32,000 bases of DNA, from assembly GCF_000981785.2 (NCBI RefSeq), contig NZ_CP011304.1, positions 2,010,001-2,042,000 on the forward strand, read 5' to 3'. Position 1 is the stretch's first letter; each line of letters begins with the position of its first letter. The notes beneath the pieces are model-generated. The model was not told the DNA's origin, did no database searches, and worked only from the letters and a program-made list of their open reading frames with translations. A program made the translations under genes and the position numbers. Source of the DNA: Microcystis aeruginosa NIES-2549. Lineage in GTDB: Bacteria > Cyanobacteriota > Cyanobacteriia > Cyanobacteriales > Microcystaceae. Below are positions 19,083 to 26,562 of the stretch, in pieces.

Positions 19083-19706
19083 ATGAAACCGAAGTTTATT
19101 GTCTTTGAAGGTATTGACGGATCGGGAACAAGTACCCAAGCAAAACTCCTACAAGAATATTTTTTCAAGCGCGGGGAAAAAGCAGTTTTAAGTCCGGAAC
19201 CTTCCGAGGGAGTCATCGGTCGTTTGATTCGAGAAATCATGCAAACTAATCTTATTTCTATCCAAGATCAAAATCAATTTGACCGACAAATGGCTTATCT
19301 GTTTGCAGCCGATCGCCATTATCACTTATATAATGATCAGGATGGCGTTTTTAAACTTATTCACCAAGAACAAACCCACGTTATCACTACGCGTTATTAT
19401 TTTTCTTCCCTGGCCTACAATGGCAATAATCCCGAAGAATTGGCTTTTATTCGGCAGTTAAATCAACATTTTCCCAATCCCGATTTAGTCATTTATATCG
19501 ATGTTCTTCCCGATATTTCTCTGGCAAGAATTAAAAACCGAGCCATCACAGAAGTGTACGAAAAACAAGAAAAGTTAATGAAAGTTCGTCAGATGTTTCT
19601 CCAGATATTTAAAGAATATAAAGATAATTGTTTACAACTGGATGGCAATGATACAATAGAACACCTTCACCAAAATATTATTAATTATCTTGACCGATTA
19701 ATTTAA
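19083..19706 (+). CDS. thymidylate kinase-fold protein with an atypical P-loop (GSGTST)
   Basis: KFIVFEGIDGSGTSTQ, LFAADRHYH, TTRYYFSSLAYNG and a LID-like ARIKNR are collinear with Tmk, but the Walker-A Lys is Thr and the DRY Asp is Thr. Confidence 0.8.
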   Translation: MKPKFIVFEGIDGSGTSTQAKLLQEYFFKRGEKAVLSPEPSEGVIGRLIREIMQTNLISIQDQNQFDRQMAYLFAADRHYHLYNDQDGVFKLIHQEQTHVITTRYYFSSLAYNGNNPEELAFIRQLNQHFPNPDLVIYIDVLPDISLARIKNRAITEVYEKQEKLMKVRQMFLQIFKEYKDNCLQLDGNDTIEHLHQNIINYLDRLI

Positions 19707-19710
19707 ATCC

Positions 19711-21204
19711 ATGCTCAGTATAGAAACCACCCCTAAATTCATCTACCAACCCCACTATAAACCCAATCAATTAATCTGCGGTCACGGCCAAACGGCAATT
19801 ATCACAGGATGGACAGTAAAACAGTCCCTTGCTAAACATTTAAATCCCGACCAATACGCAGTAATTGGCAATCTTTATAGTCCCACCAGAGGAATTAATC
19901 CCCTGCTGAGAAACTTAATAGCAAATCCCCACGTTAGATATTTAGTTATTCTCAACGCGACTAAGGAAGATAAAAACTCCGGTAGCTGTCAATGTTTACT
20001 AGACTTTTTTAGTCAAGGATTCCAGCTAGGAAAAAGTGACACAGGTAGAGAATGTTGGCTAATTAATTCTTCTATCACGGGATACATTGACAAAGAAATT
20101 GACCGAGAAACCCTTGAAAAATTACGTCAATCGATTCAATATCAACCAGTTAAATCCATTCAAGAAGCGATTGAAACTGTCAAAAATTATGCAGAACAAT
20201 CTCCCTTACCAACTTGGGGAGAACCCTTAATCTTTCCTCTCTTAGAAAATCTTCCTTCTCTGCTACCTGGGACAAGATACGGTCATCGTATTGAAGGAAA
20301 AACTATTGCCGAAACTTGGGTAAAAATTCTCCAAAAGATTAAAACCACCGGCACAATTAGACCCACAGGATATGATGGTAAATGGCAAGAATTAATTGAC
20401 CTAATGGCCGTTGTCACCGATGAACCCCCAGACTTTTATTTTCCTGAACCTAATTATTTGCCTATAGATAGAGCTTTTCTCACGGAATATATCGGACAAA
20501 TTCTCGATGATTCCCCTATACACCAAGGAGTTAAATACACCTATGGTCAAAGATTGCGCTCTTGGTTTGGCCGGGACCAAATTGCACAGGTTATCAATAA
20601 ATTAATCTCAGAAATTGATGCAGCTAGTGCAGTCATGTCCCTCTGGGATGTGAAAGACCACGAAAAGGGAGGTAGTCCCTGTTTAAATCATATTTGGGTG
20701 CGAGTGGTGGAAAATGAATTATCTCTCACCGCAATATTTAGAAGTAATGATATGTTTGCCGCTTGGCCGGCAAATGCCATGGGATTGCGTGCTTTACAGC
20801 AACATATTAGAGATGAGATTAGCAAGCGCTCCGACTACAATTTATCCATGGGTCCATTAATTACTATCAGTCAATCGGCCCATATATACGATGATACTTG
20901 GGAAAATGTCGAACGATTAATCGCCACCCAGTACGATAAAATTGTCAATCAGCGCGATTTCTTTGACCCTAGTGGTAACTTTTTGATTTCTGTGGAAAAA
21001 GAACAAATTCTTGTCCAACAAACTACCCCCGGCAGCGGGGAAGTTGTCGCTTGTTATCAAAGCAAAAATCCCCTGAAATTAATCCGCGAGATTGCCGCTA
21101 CCAATCCCGCAATTATTCCCGAACATATCGGTTATCTGGGAATCGAGTTACAAAAGGCATACAATTGTCTCAAAAATAATCAGCTTTATATTCAAGACCA
21201 GTAG
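19711..21204 (+). CDS. thymidylate synthase-fold enzyme fused to an MtrA-like N-domain and a DUF4346-like C-tail
   Basis: TS core motifs occur in order: YTYGQRLRSW, GGSPCLNH, FRSNDMFAAWPAN, SAHIYDD. The flanking domains are assigned from memory of family motifs. Starts 4 nt after the preceding stop. Confidence 0.8.
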   Translation: MLSIETTPKFIYQPHYKPNQLICGHGQTAIITGWTVKQSLAKHLNPDQYAVIGNLYSPTRGINPLLRNLIANPHVRYLVILNATKEDKNSGSCQCLLDFFSQGFQLGKSDTGRECWLINSSITGYIDKEIDRETLEKLRQSIQYQPVKSIQEAIETVKNYAEQSPLPTWGEPLIFPLLENLPSLLPGTRYGHRIEGKTIAETWVKILQKIKTTGTIRPTGYDGKWQELIDLMAVVTDEPPDFYFPEPNYLPIDRAFLTEYIGQILDDSPIHQGVKYTYGQRLRSWFGRDQIAQVINKLISEIDAASAVMSLWDVKDHEKGGSPCLNHIWVRVVENELSLTAIFRSNDMFAAWPANAMGLRALQQHIRDEISKRSDYNLSMGPLITISQSAHIYDDTWENVERLIATQYDKIVNQRDFFDPSGNFLISVEKEQILVQQTTPGSGEVVACYQSKNPLKLIREIAATNPAIIPEHIGYLGIELQKAYNCLKNNQLYIQDQ

Positions 21205-21251
21205 ATAAGTGGGAAGTAGGAAGTGGGAGCATCTCAATAATATTATTGTAG

Positions 21252-21276
21252 GGGCGAATTGCATTCGCCCTCTTTT
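21252..21276 (+). terminator. rho-independent terminator after the 19711..21204 gene
   Basis: gggcgaat-tgc-attcgccc (8-bp GC-rich stem) followed by tctttt. Confidence 0.6.
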
Positions 21277-21356
21277 AATAACTTCTGCTGCTCACCATAA
21301 GTGAGAGAAAATCACAAATACAAGATGCACCCAATCAGTGAACTGAAAACTCAAAT

Positions 21357-21398
21357 CTGATAACTGATAACTGATAACTGATAACTGATAACTGATTA
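21357..21398 (-). repeat. heptamer array (CTGATAA, six units), inverted copy of 17357..17405
   Basis: On the minus strand it reads taa|tcagtta..., again starting at a stop codon (that of the 21396..21827 gene). Confidence 0.92.
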
Positions 21399-21827
21399 CT
21401 GGTCCTTGTTTGCCGAACCAGCGCCGCGATATTTGAGAGATGAGGAGCGAATTGGGTTGGCCACCGTGGGATTATTGGTGATTTTAACCTCCGCACCGCG
21501 ATATTTACCCCCTCGCTCCTTGACAGGAGCTTCGGCGACTGTTGGCTCCATATAGGTGGCCCCACGATACTTTTTCTCGCCGGCGGTTTCCGGAGTGGGG
21601 ACGGGGACATTCTTCTGCTCTTCTCGTCCTTGCCATAAAAAGGTGACGACAATCACAACTGTCAAGAGAATTAATAGCTGAATCTGCCAAGGAGCTAAAA
21701 CCAGACTCAACACTAAACTGATTACCGTGGCGGCACTGGCGAGATAAGCGATCTCATCGCTGGACTTCTGCCAGAAATAGGCAGCCAAGGCAGCGGTGAA
21801 CAGTGGTAACAAAAACAAATAGGACAT
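21396..21827 (-). CDS. small membrane protein with three KYRGA repeats (DUF4278-like tail)
   Basis: Two predicted TM helices (LFLLPLFTAALAAYFW; VISLVLSLVLAPWQIQLLILLTVVIVVTFLW), then KKYRGATY, GKYRGAEV, LKYRGAGS. The overlapping ORFs 21335..21652 and 21505..21690 are rejected. Confidence 0.65.
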   Translation of the reverse strand: MSYLFLLPLFTAALAAYFWQKSSDEIAYLASAATVISLVLSLVLAPWQIQLLILLTVVIVVTFLWQGREEQKNVPVPTPETAGEKKYRGATYMEPTVAEAPVKERGGKYRGAEVKITNNPTVANPIRSSSLKYRGAGSANKDQ

Positions 21828-22178
21828 TCTGGGTACACCTTGTCACGCTAGTGAACCAATCTCTCTATTATTACCTCCCTTGCTTCGATCGGCGAAAAAT
21901 ATTAACTCAGCTTATAGCTCATATAAGTTTTATTTTGTCAATTCTTCTTTACAATTCGTAAAAATATTGTTACATTTATTTACATGAACTAAAAGTTAAA
22001 GCAAAACAGCCAAGACAGCAAGCCAGTTAAGATTGTTTCGGGGAGTATCGGACAGAATATGATTCCTTGAGTCCGAGACAACGGTAAAAAACTTGGCCTA
22101 CTAGCTTAAAAAAGTTTTCGGGGTTTGGGTTTACCCCATTGACAGATTTGCTTGAGTTCTCCTACATAACTTAGCGCT

Positions 22179-22206
22179 ACCTCGGCTGGACACCGAGGTT
22201 TTTTAT
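22179..22206 (+). terminator. orphan rho-independent terminator
   Basis: acctcgg-ctggaca-ccgaggt followed by tttttt. No + strand ORF of 60 aa or more lies in the 350 nt upstream. Confidence 0.6.
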
Positions 22207-22234
22207 TTAGTTACAACGTTTTCGACTAAGTAAA

Positions 22235-22414
22235 ACGTAGGCTCTCTTCTTCTTTGTGTGATAAGTTTAGATTATCTAGAAGCGATCAATCTTTGTGTCC
22301 TTTGTGTCTTTGTGGTTCGTTCCAGTTGGTCTCGCGTAGCGAGCGCGTTGCGACCGCCAGCAGGAATGTACCCTATAATACATTTTACCCACCAAACCCA
22401 AGAGAGCCAAACGT
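22235..22414. mobile_element. 180-bp MITE with imperfect terminal inverted repeats
   Basis: acgtaggctctctt (22235..22248) versus aagagagccaaacgt (22400..22414). The left half is shared with 6134..6215. The ORF 22254..22454 within it is judged spurious. Confidence 0.6.
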
Positions 22415-22443
22415 AGATAAATTAATTGAGATTACCTACTTAA

Positions 22444-23199
22444 TTAAAAATTAACTTCATTTTGATGCACGGAATCCAAATAAAACTTGATTACATCTTC
22501 TGATGTACCCTGACATTGCAACTGGCCTTTATTCAGCCAAATTGCTTGGTCACAGGACTCTTGAATTAAAGTCAAATCGTGGGAAACTACTAAAATAGTA
22601 GCGTTAGAATTCCAGAATTTTTTTAAACGTCGTTTACACTTATTTTTAAAACTTTCATCCCCGACGGAAAGGACTTCATCAAGAATAAGAATATCGGGGT
22701 GAACCTCTGTGGCGATCGCAAATCCTAAACGAGCCACCATCCCAGAAGAAAGAGATTTCACCGGCGCTCCCATATATTCTTCTAACTCAGCAAAGTCAAG
22801 AATATCTTTGGTTTTTTCCTTCATTTCCTGACGAGAAAATCCCAGCATTACCCCATAGAGAATAATATTATCTTTTACCGGTAAATCTGGATCAAAACCC
22901 GCTCCTAATTCAATTAGAGAGGCAATTTGTCCCCTGACTCTCACCTGTCCCTTTGTCGGTTCTAGAATACCACAAATGACTTTTAAAAGAGTAGATTTTC
23001 CCGCGCCATTAGCTCCAATGATACCTAATTTTGCTCCAGAATTAATGACTAAATCTATATCATCTAGAACTAATTTTTTGGCAGGTTGACGATATTTACC
23101 TTCAAGAAGAGAGAAGATTGTCCTTTTTAGATCATAGGAGAATTCTTCTTGAGTACGTCTTTCGAGAGACACTTGATCGAGTCGAATTACTTCTGTCAT
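22444..23199 (-). CDS. ABC transporter ATP-binding protein, polysaccharide-export (Wzt/KpsT/TagH-like) type
   Basis: Walker A GANGAGKST, signature LSSGM, Walker B ILILDE. The start abuts the stop of the ABC-2 permease. Confidence 0.92.
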   Translation of the reverse strand: MTEVIRLDQVSLERRTQEEFSYDLKRTIFSLLEGKYRQPAKKLVLDDIDLVINSGAKLGIIGANGAGKSTLLKVICGILEPTKGQVRVRGQIASLIELGAGFDPDLPVKDNIILYGVMLGFSRQEMKEKTKDILDFAELEEYMGAPVKSLSSGMVARLGFAIATEVHPDILILDEVLSVGDESFKNKCKRRLKKFWNSNATILVVSHDLTLIQESCDQAIWLNKGQLQCQGTSEDVIKFYLDSVHQNEVNF

Positions 23200-24018
23200 T
23201 TATAATAAATCCATAAATAAATGTCGCCAGAGTCGGAAGCAAGTCCAACCAATTCCTAAGATGATAATCCCCCCAAGTAGAGATTGAAAAATCAAACCAA
23301 AATCTGGCAATCCCGGGGAAAGGGACAATTGACGAATACTTTCGATTACCGGTAATAATGGGTTTAATAGCAGGAATGGTTTTACGGAAGGAGGAATAAT
23401 TTCTGGAGGATAGAAAATCGGGCTGCTAATCCAAGCGACAAAACAAACAATTTCGTAAAAATAGGGTAAGTCTCTGAAGAAAACGTAGAGGGTACTGACA
23501 AAAAAACCCACTCCCGTGCAAACCAGAGAAAGACCGATCACAGGAAAAATCAGAGCAATTACATTAATTAAACTTTGAGACTTCCAAAGAGTTACTATGA
23601 CCAAAAGGGGAAAGATACTAATAGCAAATTGAAAAATATTTGCCACTACCATGGAAACGGGAAAAATGCTAACTGGCAGACGAATTTTATTTAAAATACT
23701 GCCATTACCAACGATACTAGGTAAGGCTTGGTTAGTGGAAGCATTAAAAAAATTTATTACTACTAAACCAGTGAAAGCCGCTAGGACATAGTTAACTATA
23801 GAATTATCAAAATAAGAGGCGAAAACCGTGCCGAAAATTGCCGTGTATAGTGCAGTCATAATCACGGGATTTAACAAAGACCAGTAAACCCCCAGAAAAG
23901 AACCCCGATAGCGTCCCTTGAGATTACGTTCCACTAAAACACTAAGCAATTCGTAATATCGCCGCGCTGTTGACCATCTAGTTTTTGCTTGGAGATCGGT
24001 CATAGGGATAATTGTCAT
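23200..24018 (-). CDS. ABC-2 type transporter permease (Wzm/KpsM-like)
   Basis: 272 aa with about six TM segments and the N-terminal LKGRYRGSFLGVYWSLLNP motif typical of ABC-2 polysaccharide exporters. Confidence 0.9.
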   Translation of the reverse strand: MTIIPMTDLQAKTRWSTARRYYELLSVLVERNLKGRYRGSFLGVYWSLLNPVIMTALYTAIFGTVFASYFDNSIVNYVLAAFTGLVVINFFNASTNQALPSIVGNGSILNKIRLPVSIFPVSMVVANIFQFAISIFPLLVIVTLWKSQSLINVIALIFPVIGLSLVCTGVGFFVSTLYVFFRDLPYFYEIVCFVAWISSPIFYPPEIIPPSVKPFLLLNPLLPVIESIRQLSLSPGLPDFGLIFQSLLGGIIILGIGWTCFRLWRHLFMDLL

Positions 24019-24362
24019 CTCGTCAGTATTCAGTGCTTTATTCTAAACGATTAACGTCAATTTTGTCTATCGATCGAGGGGGGACTCTAGTTTTTATCCA
24101 GTCCCCGACGACTCTCCCTCTCGGGAAAAAGTTCCCCCACTAGGCCATTTATCCGGCTCAAAAAGCTTAAAAAACGCTAAAAGCCTCTTTTTTTAGGGTT
24201 GAATTCGGTTTTTAGGGACAGCCTCAGCTAATTGACCTAGACTCTAGCAGGTTTGCCAATAAAATAGACACCAGATAAAAGTCAAGAAATGCCGATTTAA
24301 ACAGAGCTAATCTCAGAAAAACTGGAGTCAAAAACCGATAACTGAACAACTTCCTAACAGCT

Positions 24363-24449
24363 AAGTAGGTAGGTGTTAAAAGTTGTCAGACACCCCCCTT
24401 ATCAAGGGGTGATTAAGGGGGGATTAAGGGGGGATTAAGGGGGGATTTA
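24363..24449. repeat. dispersed element tail plus an 11-mer tandem array (GATTAAGGGGG, about 3.5 units)
   Basis: aagtaggtaggtgttaaaagttgtcagacaccccccttatcaagggg is the inverse of 29472..29520. It is followed by gattaaggggg repeated three times, then gattta. Confidence 0.85.
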
Positions 24450-24488
24450 TCTTCAATTTAATTATAACTACTTACTTAAACCAAGAAT

Positions 24489-25364
24489 TTAATCTAATTG
24501 ATGTCCTGTGAGTTCCACAAAGATATCTTCGAGGTTGGAAGGGCGACACATTACTCCAGTTTTATCGCTCAAAGTGTCGAGATAGGCATTGGCATCAGCG
24601 ACGGTGGGGAAGAATTTATAATCAATTTTATCGCCAACTTGTTTGATAACTAAACTCTCACCATACTTAGCACGAAAATCCGTTAGAGTTCCTAATTCGA
24701 TTAATTTGCCCGCATCCATAATGCCAATTCTGCCCGGTTTTCCTGCGGCGTTATCCTGACAGAGAAATTCCACTTCTTCCATGTAGTGAGTGGTTAACAA
24801 AATTGTCATTCCTTGCCGGTTTAAATCCCGAATTACTTCCCACAAACGACGACGATTTTGGGGATCTAAACCGACTGTCGGTTCATCGAGAAAGAGAATT
24901 TTTGGTTCGTGAAGAAGAGCGCGAGCAATCTGTAAACGTCGTTTCATCCCTCCAGAAAGAGTTTTGGCAAGGGCAGATTTTCGATCGCTTAAACTGACAT
25001 AATCTAAATAGCGATCGATTAATTCCTGCCTCTGGGGATTGGGGATATGGTGCATCCGGCCGTGAAATTCCATATTTTCCCAGACGGTTAATTCCCCATC
25101 AACGCTAATCTGTTGTAAGACTACCCCAATATTTCTTTTCACCTGATCGCGGTATTTTTTGACATCATACCCCGCCACTGCGATTTCTCCTTGACTTGCT
25201 TCGGTTAGAGTGATAATCATGCGGATTGTCGTCGATTTTCCCGCACCGTTGGGACCGAGTAAACCAAAGATTTCCCCTTTTTCGATGGCAAAGGAAAGCT
25301 CGTTAACTACTGGCAGATTGTTATAGATTTTAGAAACGCGATCGAGAGCAATAGCGGCGGTCAT
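24489..25364 (-). CDS. ABC transporter ATP-binding protein (ABC-2/DrrA-like subfamily), no adjacent permease
   Basis: GPNGAGKST, LSGGMKRRL and ILFLDEPTVGLD. Confidence 0.9.
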   Translation of the reverse strand: MTAAIALDRVSKIYNNLPVVNELSFAIEKGEIFGLLGPNGAGKSTTIRMIITLTEASQGEIAVAGYDVKKYRDQVKRNIGVVLQQISVDGELTVWENMEFHGRMHHIPNPQRQELIDRYLDYVSLSDRKSALAKTLSGGMKRRLQIARALLHEPKILFLDEPTVGLDPQNRRRLWEVIRDLNRQGMTILLTTHYMEEVEFLCQDNAAGKPGRIGIMDAGKLIELGTLTDFRAKYGESLVIKQVGDKIDYKFFPTVADANAYLDTLSDKTGVMCRPSNLEDIFVELTGHQLD

Positions 25365-25527
25365 AGTTACAAAAGTTAATATTCTAGCTATGGATTAGTG
25401 TAACCGAATTAGCCTAACTGACGGCGATTTTATCCTTTCCTCTCAAGGTACTCCTATCGACTTTGGTTTGACATCTTCACAATCAGATTAGAATACGGAT
25501 AAAAAATCTTGACTTTGCCGGTATCCG

Positions 25528-26028
25528 ATGGGAGTTTTTCTGCCAATTCTGTGTTTATGTCTAGGAATAGGGGAATTTTTCCTCAATCCCCCCATTAGTC
25601 TCGGTAATTCCCCCCCCGCAACCACGGTAATCCGAACGGAAACCCGTTTGCTGCTAAATTTAAAAAAAAGACGAGTTTTTGTTTACCAAGGACAGAAAAT
25701 AATCGCTTCTTACCCTGTGGCGATCGGTCGTCCGGGTTGGGAAACCCCGACGGGACAATTTAGGGTGATTCAGATGGTGCGGGAACCAGTCTGGGAACAT
25801 CCTTTCACTGGTCAACTGGTGCCATCGGGAAAAAACAACCCTTTAGGGGCGCGTTGGATTGGATTTTGGACCGATGGCGCGAATTTTATCGGTTTTCACG
25901 GTACACCCCAAGAAAATCTCATCGGCCGGGCCGTCTCCCACGGTTGCGTTAGGATGCGAGATCGAGATATAAAGGCTTTATTTGAAAAGGTACAAATCGG
26001 CACTTCAGTGATAGTAATCGCTCAATAG
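25528..26028 (+). CDS. L,D-transpeptidase (YkuD domain)
   Basis: Signal or TM N-terminus, then GFHGTPQENLIGRAVSHGCVRM, the active-site His/Cys motif. Confidence 0.88.
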   Translation: MGVFLPILCLCLGIGEFFLNPPISLGNSPPATTVIRTETRLLLNLKKRRVFVYQGQKIIASYPVAIGRPGWETPTGQFRVIQMVREPVWEHPFTGQLVPSGKNNPLGARWIGFWTDGANFIGFHGTPQENLIGRAVSHGCVRMRDRDIKALFEKVQIGTSVIVIAQ

Positions 26029-26154
26029 AAACAATGGCACAAAATGTCACATTTACGAACACTTTACCCCCATGATGTCGAGAGAGCCGTCTTAACCAGT
26101 AATTTAGATAGTCAACAGTTTAAAATGAGAGAAACTGAGCCAAGAGGATAATCG

Positions 26155-26409
26155 GTGAATATTATTGAACTAATCGGGATCGTGGCGGGAATATTAACCA
26201 CTGTATCTTTTTTACCCCAAGTGATTAAAACTTGGCGTTATCGTTCGGCTAAGGACTTATCCCTAACTATGTTTATTTGCTTTTGTCTGGGGGTTTTTCT
26301 TTGGCTCATATACGGCCTTTATATGAACAGTAAACCGATTATTATCGCTAATTTTGTTACTTTTATCTTAGCGGGGACAATTCTCTATTTTAAGATTAAA
26401 TATGATTAA
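26155..26409 (+). CDS. SemiSWEET / PQ-loop family transporter
   Basis: 84 aa, three TM helices, with the PQ motif in TM1 (VSFLPQVIKTW). GTG start. Confidence 0.8.
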   Translation: MNIIELIGIVAGILTTVSFLPQVIKTWRYRSAKDLSLTMFICFCLGVFLWLIYGLYMNSKPIIIANFVTFILAGTILYFKIKYD

Positions 26410-26562
26410 AATAACTGACAATCCCTTGCGGCCCTATTGGCTCACGTCATGACAATTCTACAATTTATTGGGCCATCTAGGGGCGCGGATAGGATTTTTA
26501 GGTTAATTTATTGTTAAGATAATCATCTTTGACCATTGAGACCAAATTTGGGGTCAAGAAAC

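Noticed and set aside
21335-21690. ORFs 21335..21652 and 21505..21690 (-) overlapping the 143-aa membrane-protein gene
   Set aside because: These are alternative frames of the same DNA. The chosen frame has clean TM helices and a repeated KYRGA motif. The 21335 ORF reads through the heptamer array ([12 protein letters not shown]), which is typical of a repeat artefact.
24489-25364. Orphan ABC ATPase as part of a novel system
   Set aside because: It is an ordinary ABC-2/DrrA-type ATPase with all motifs intact. The lack of an adjacent permease is common and is not supported by any other unusual feature here.
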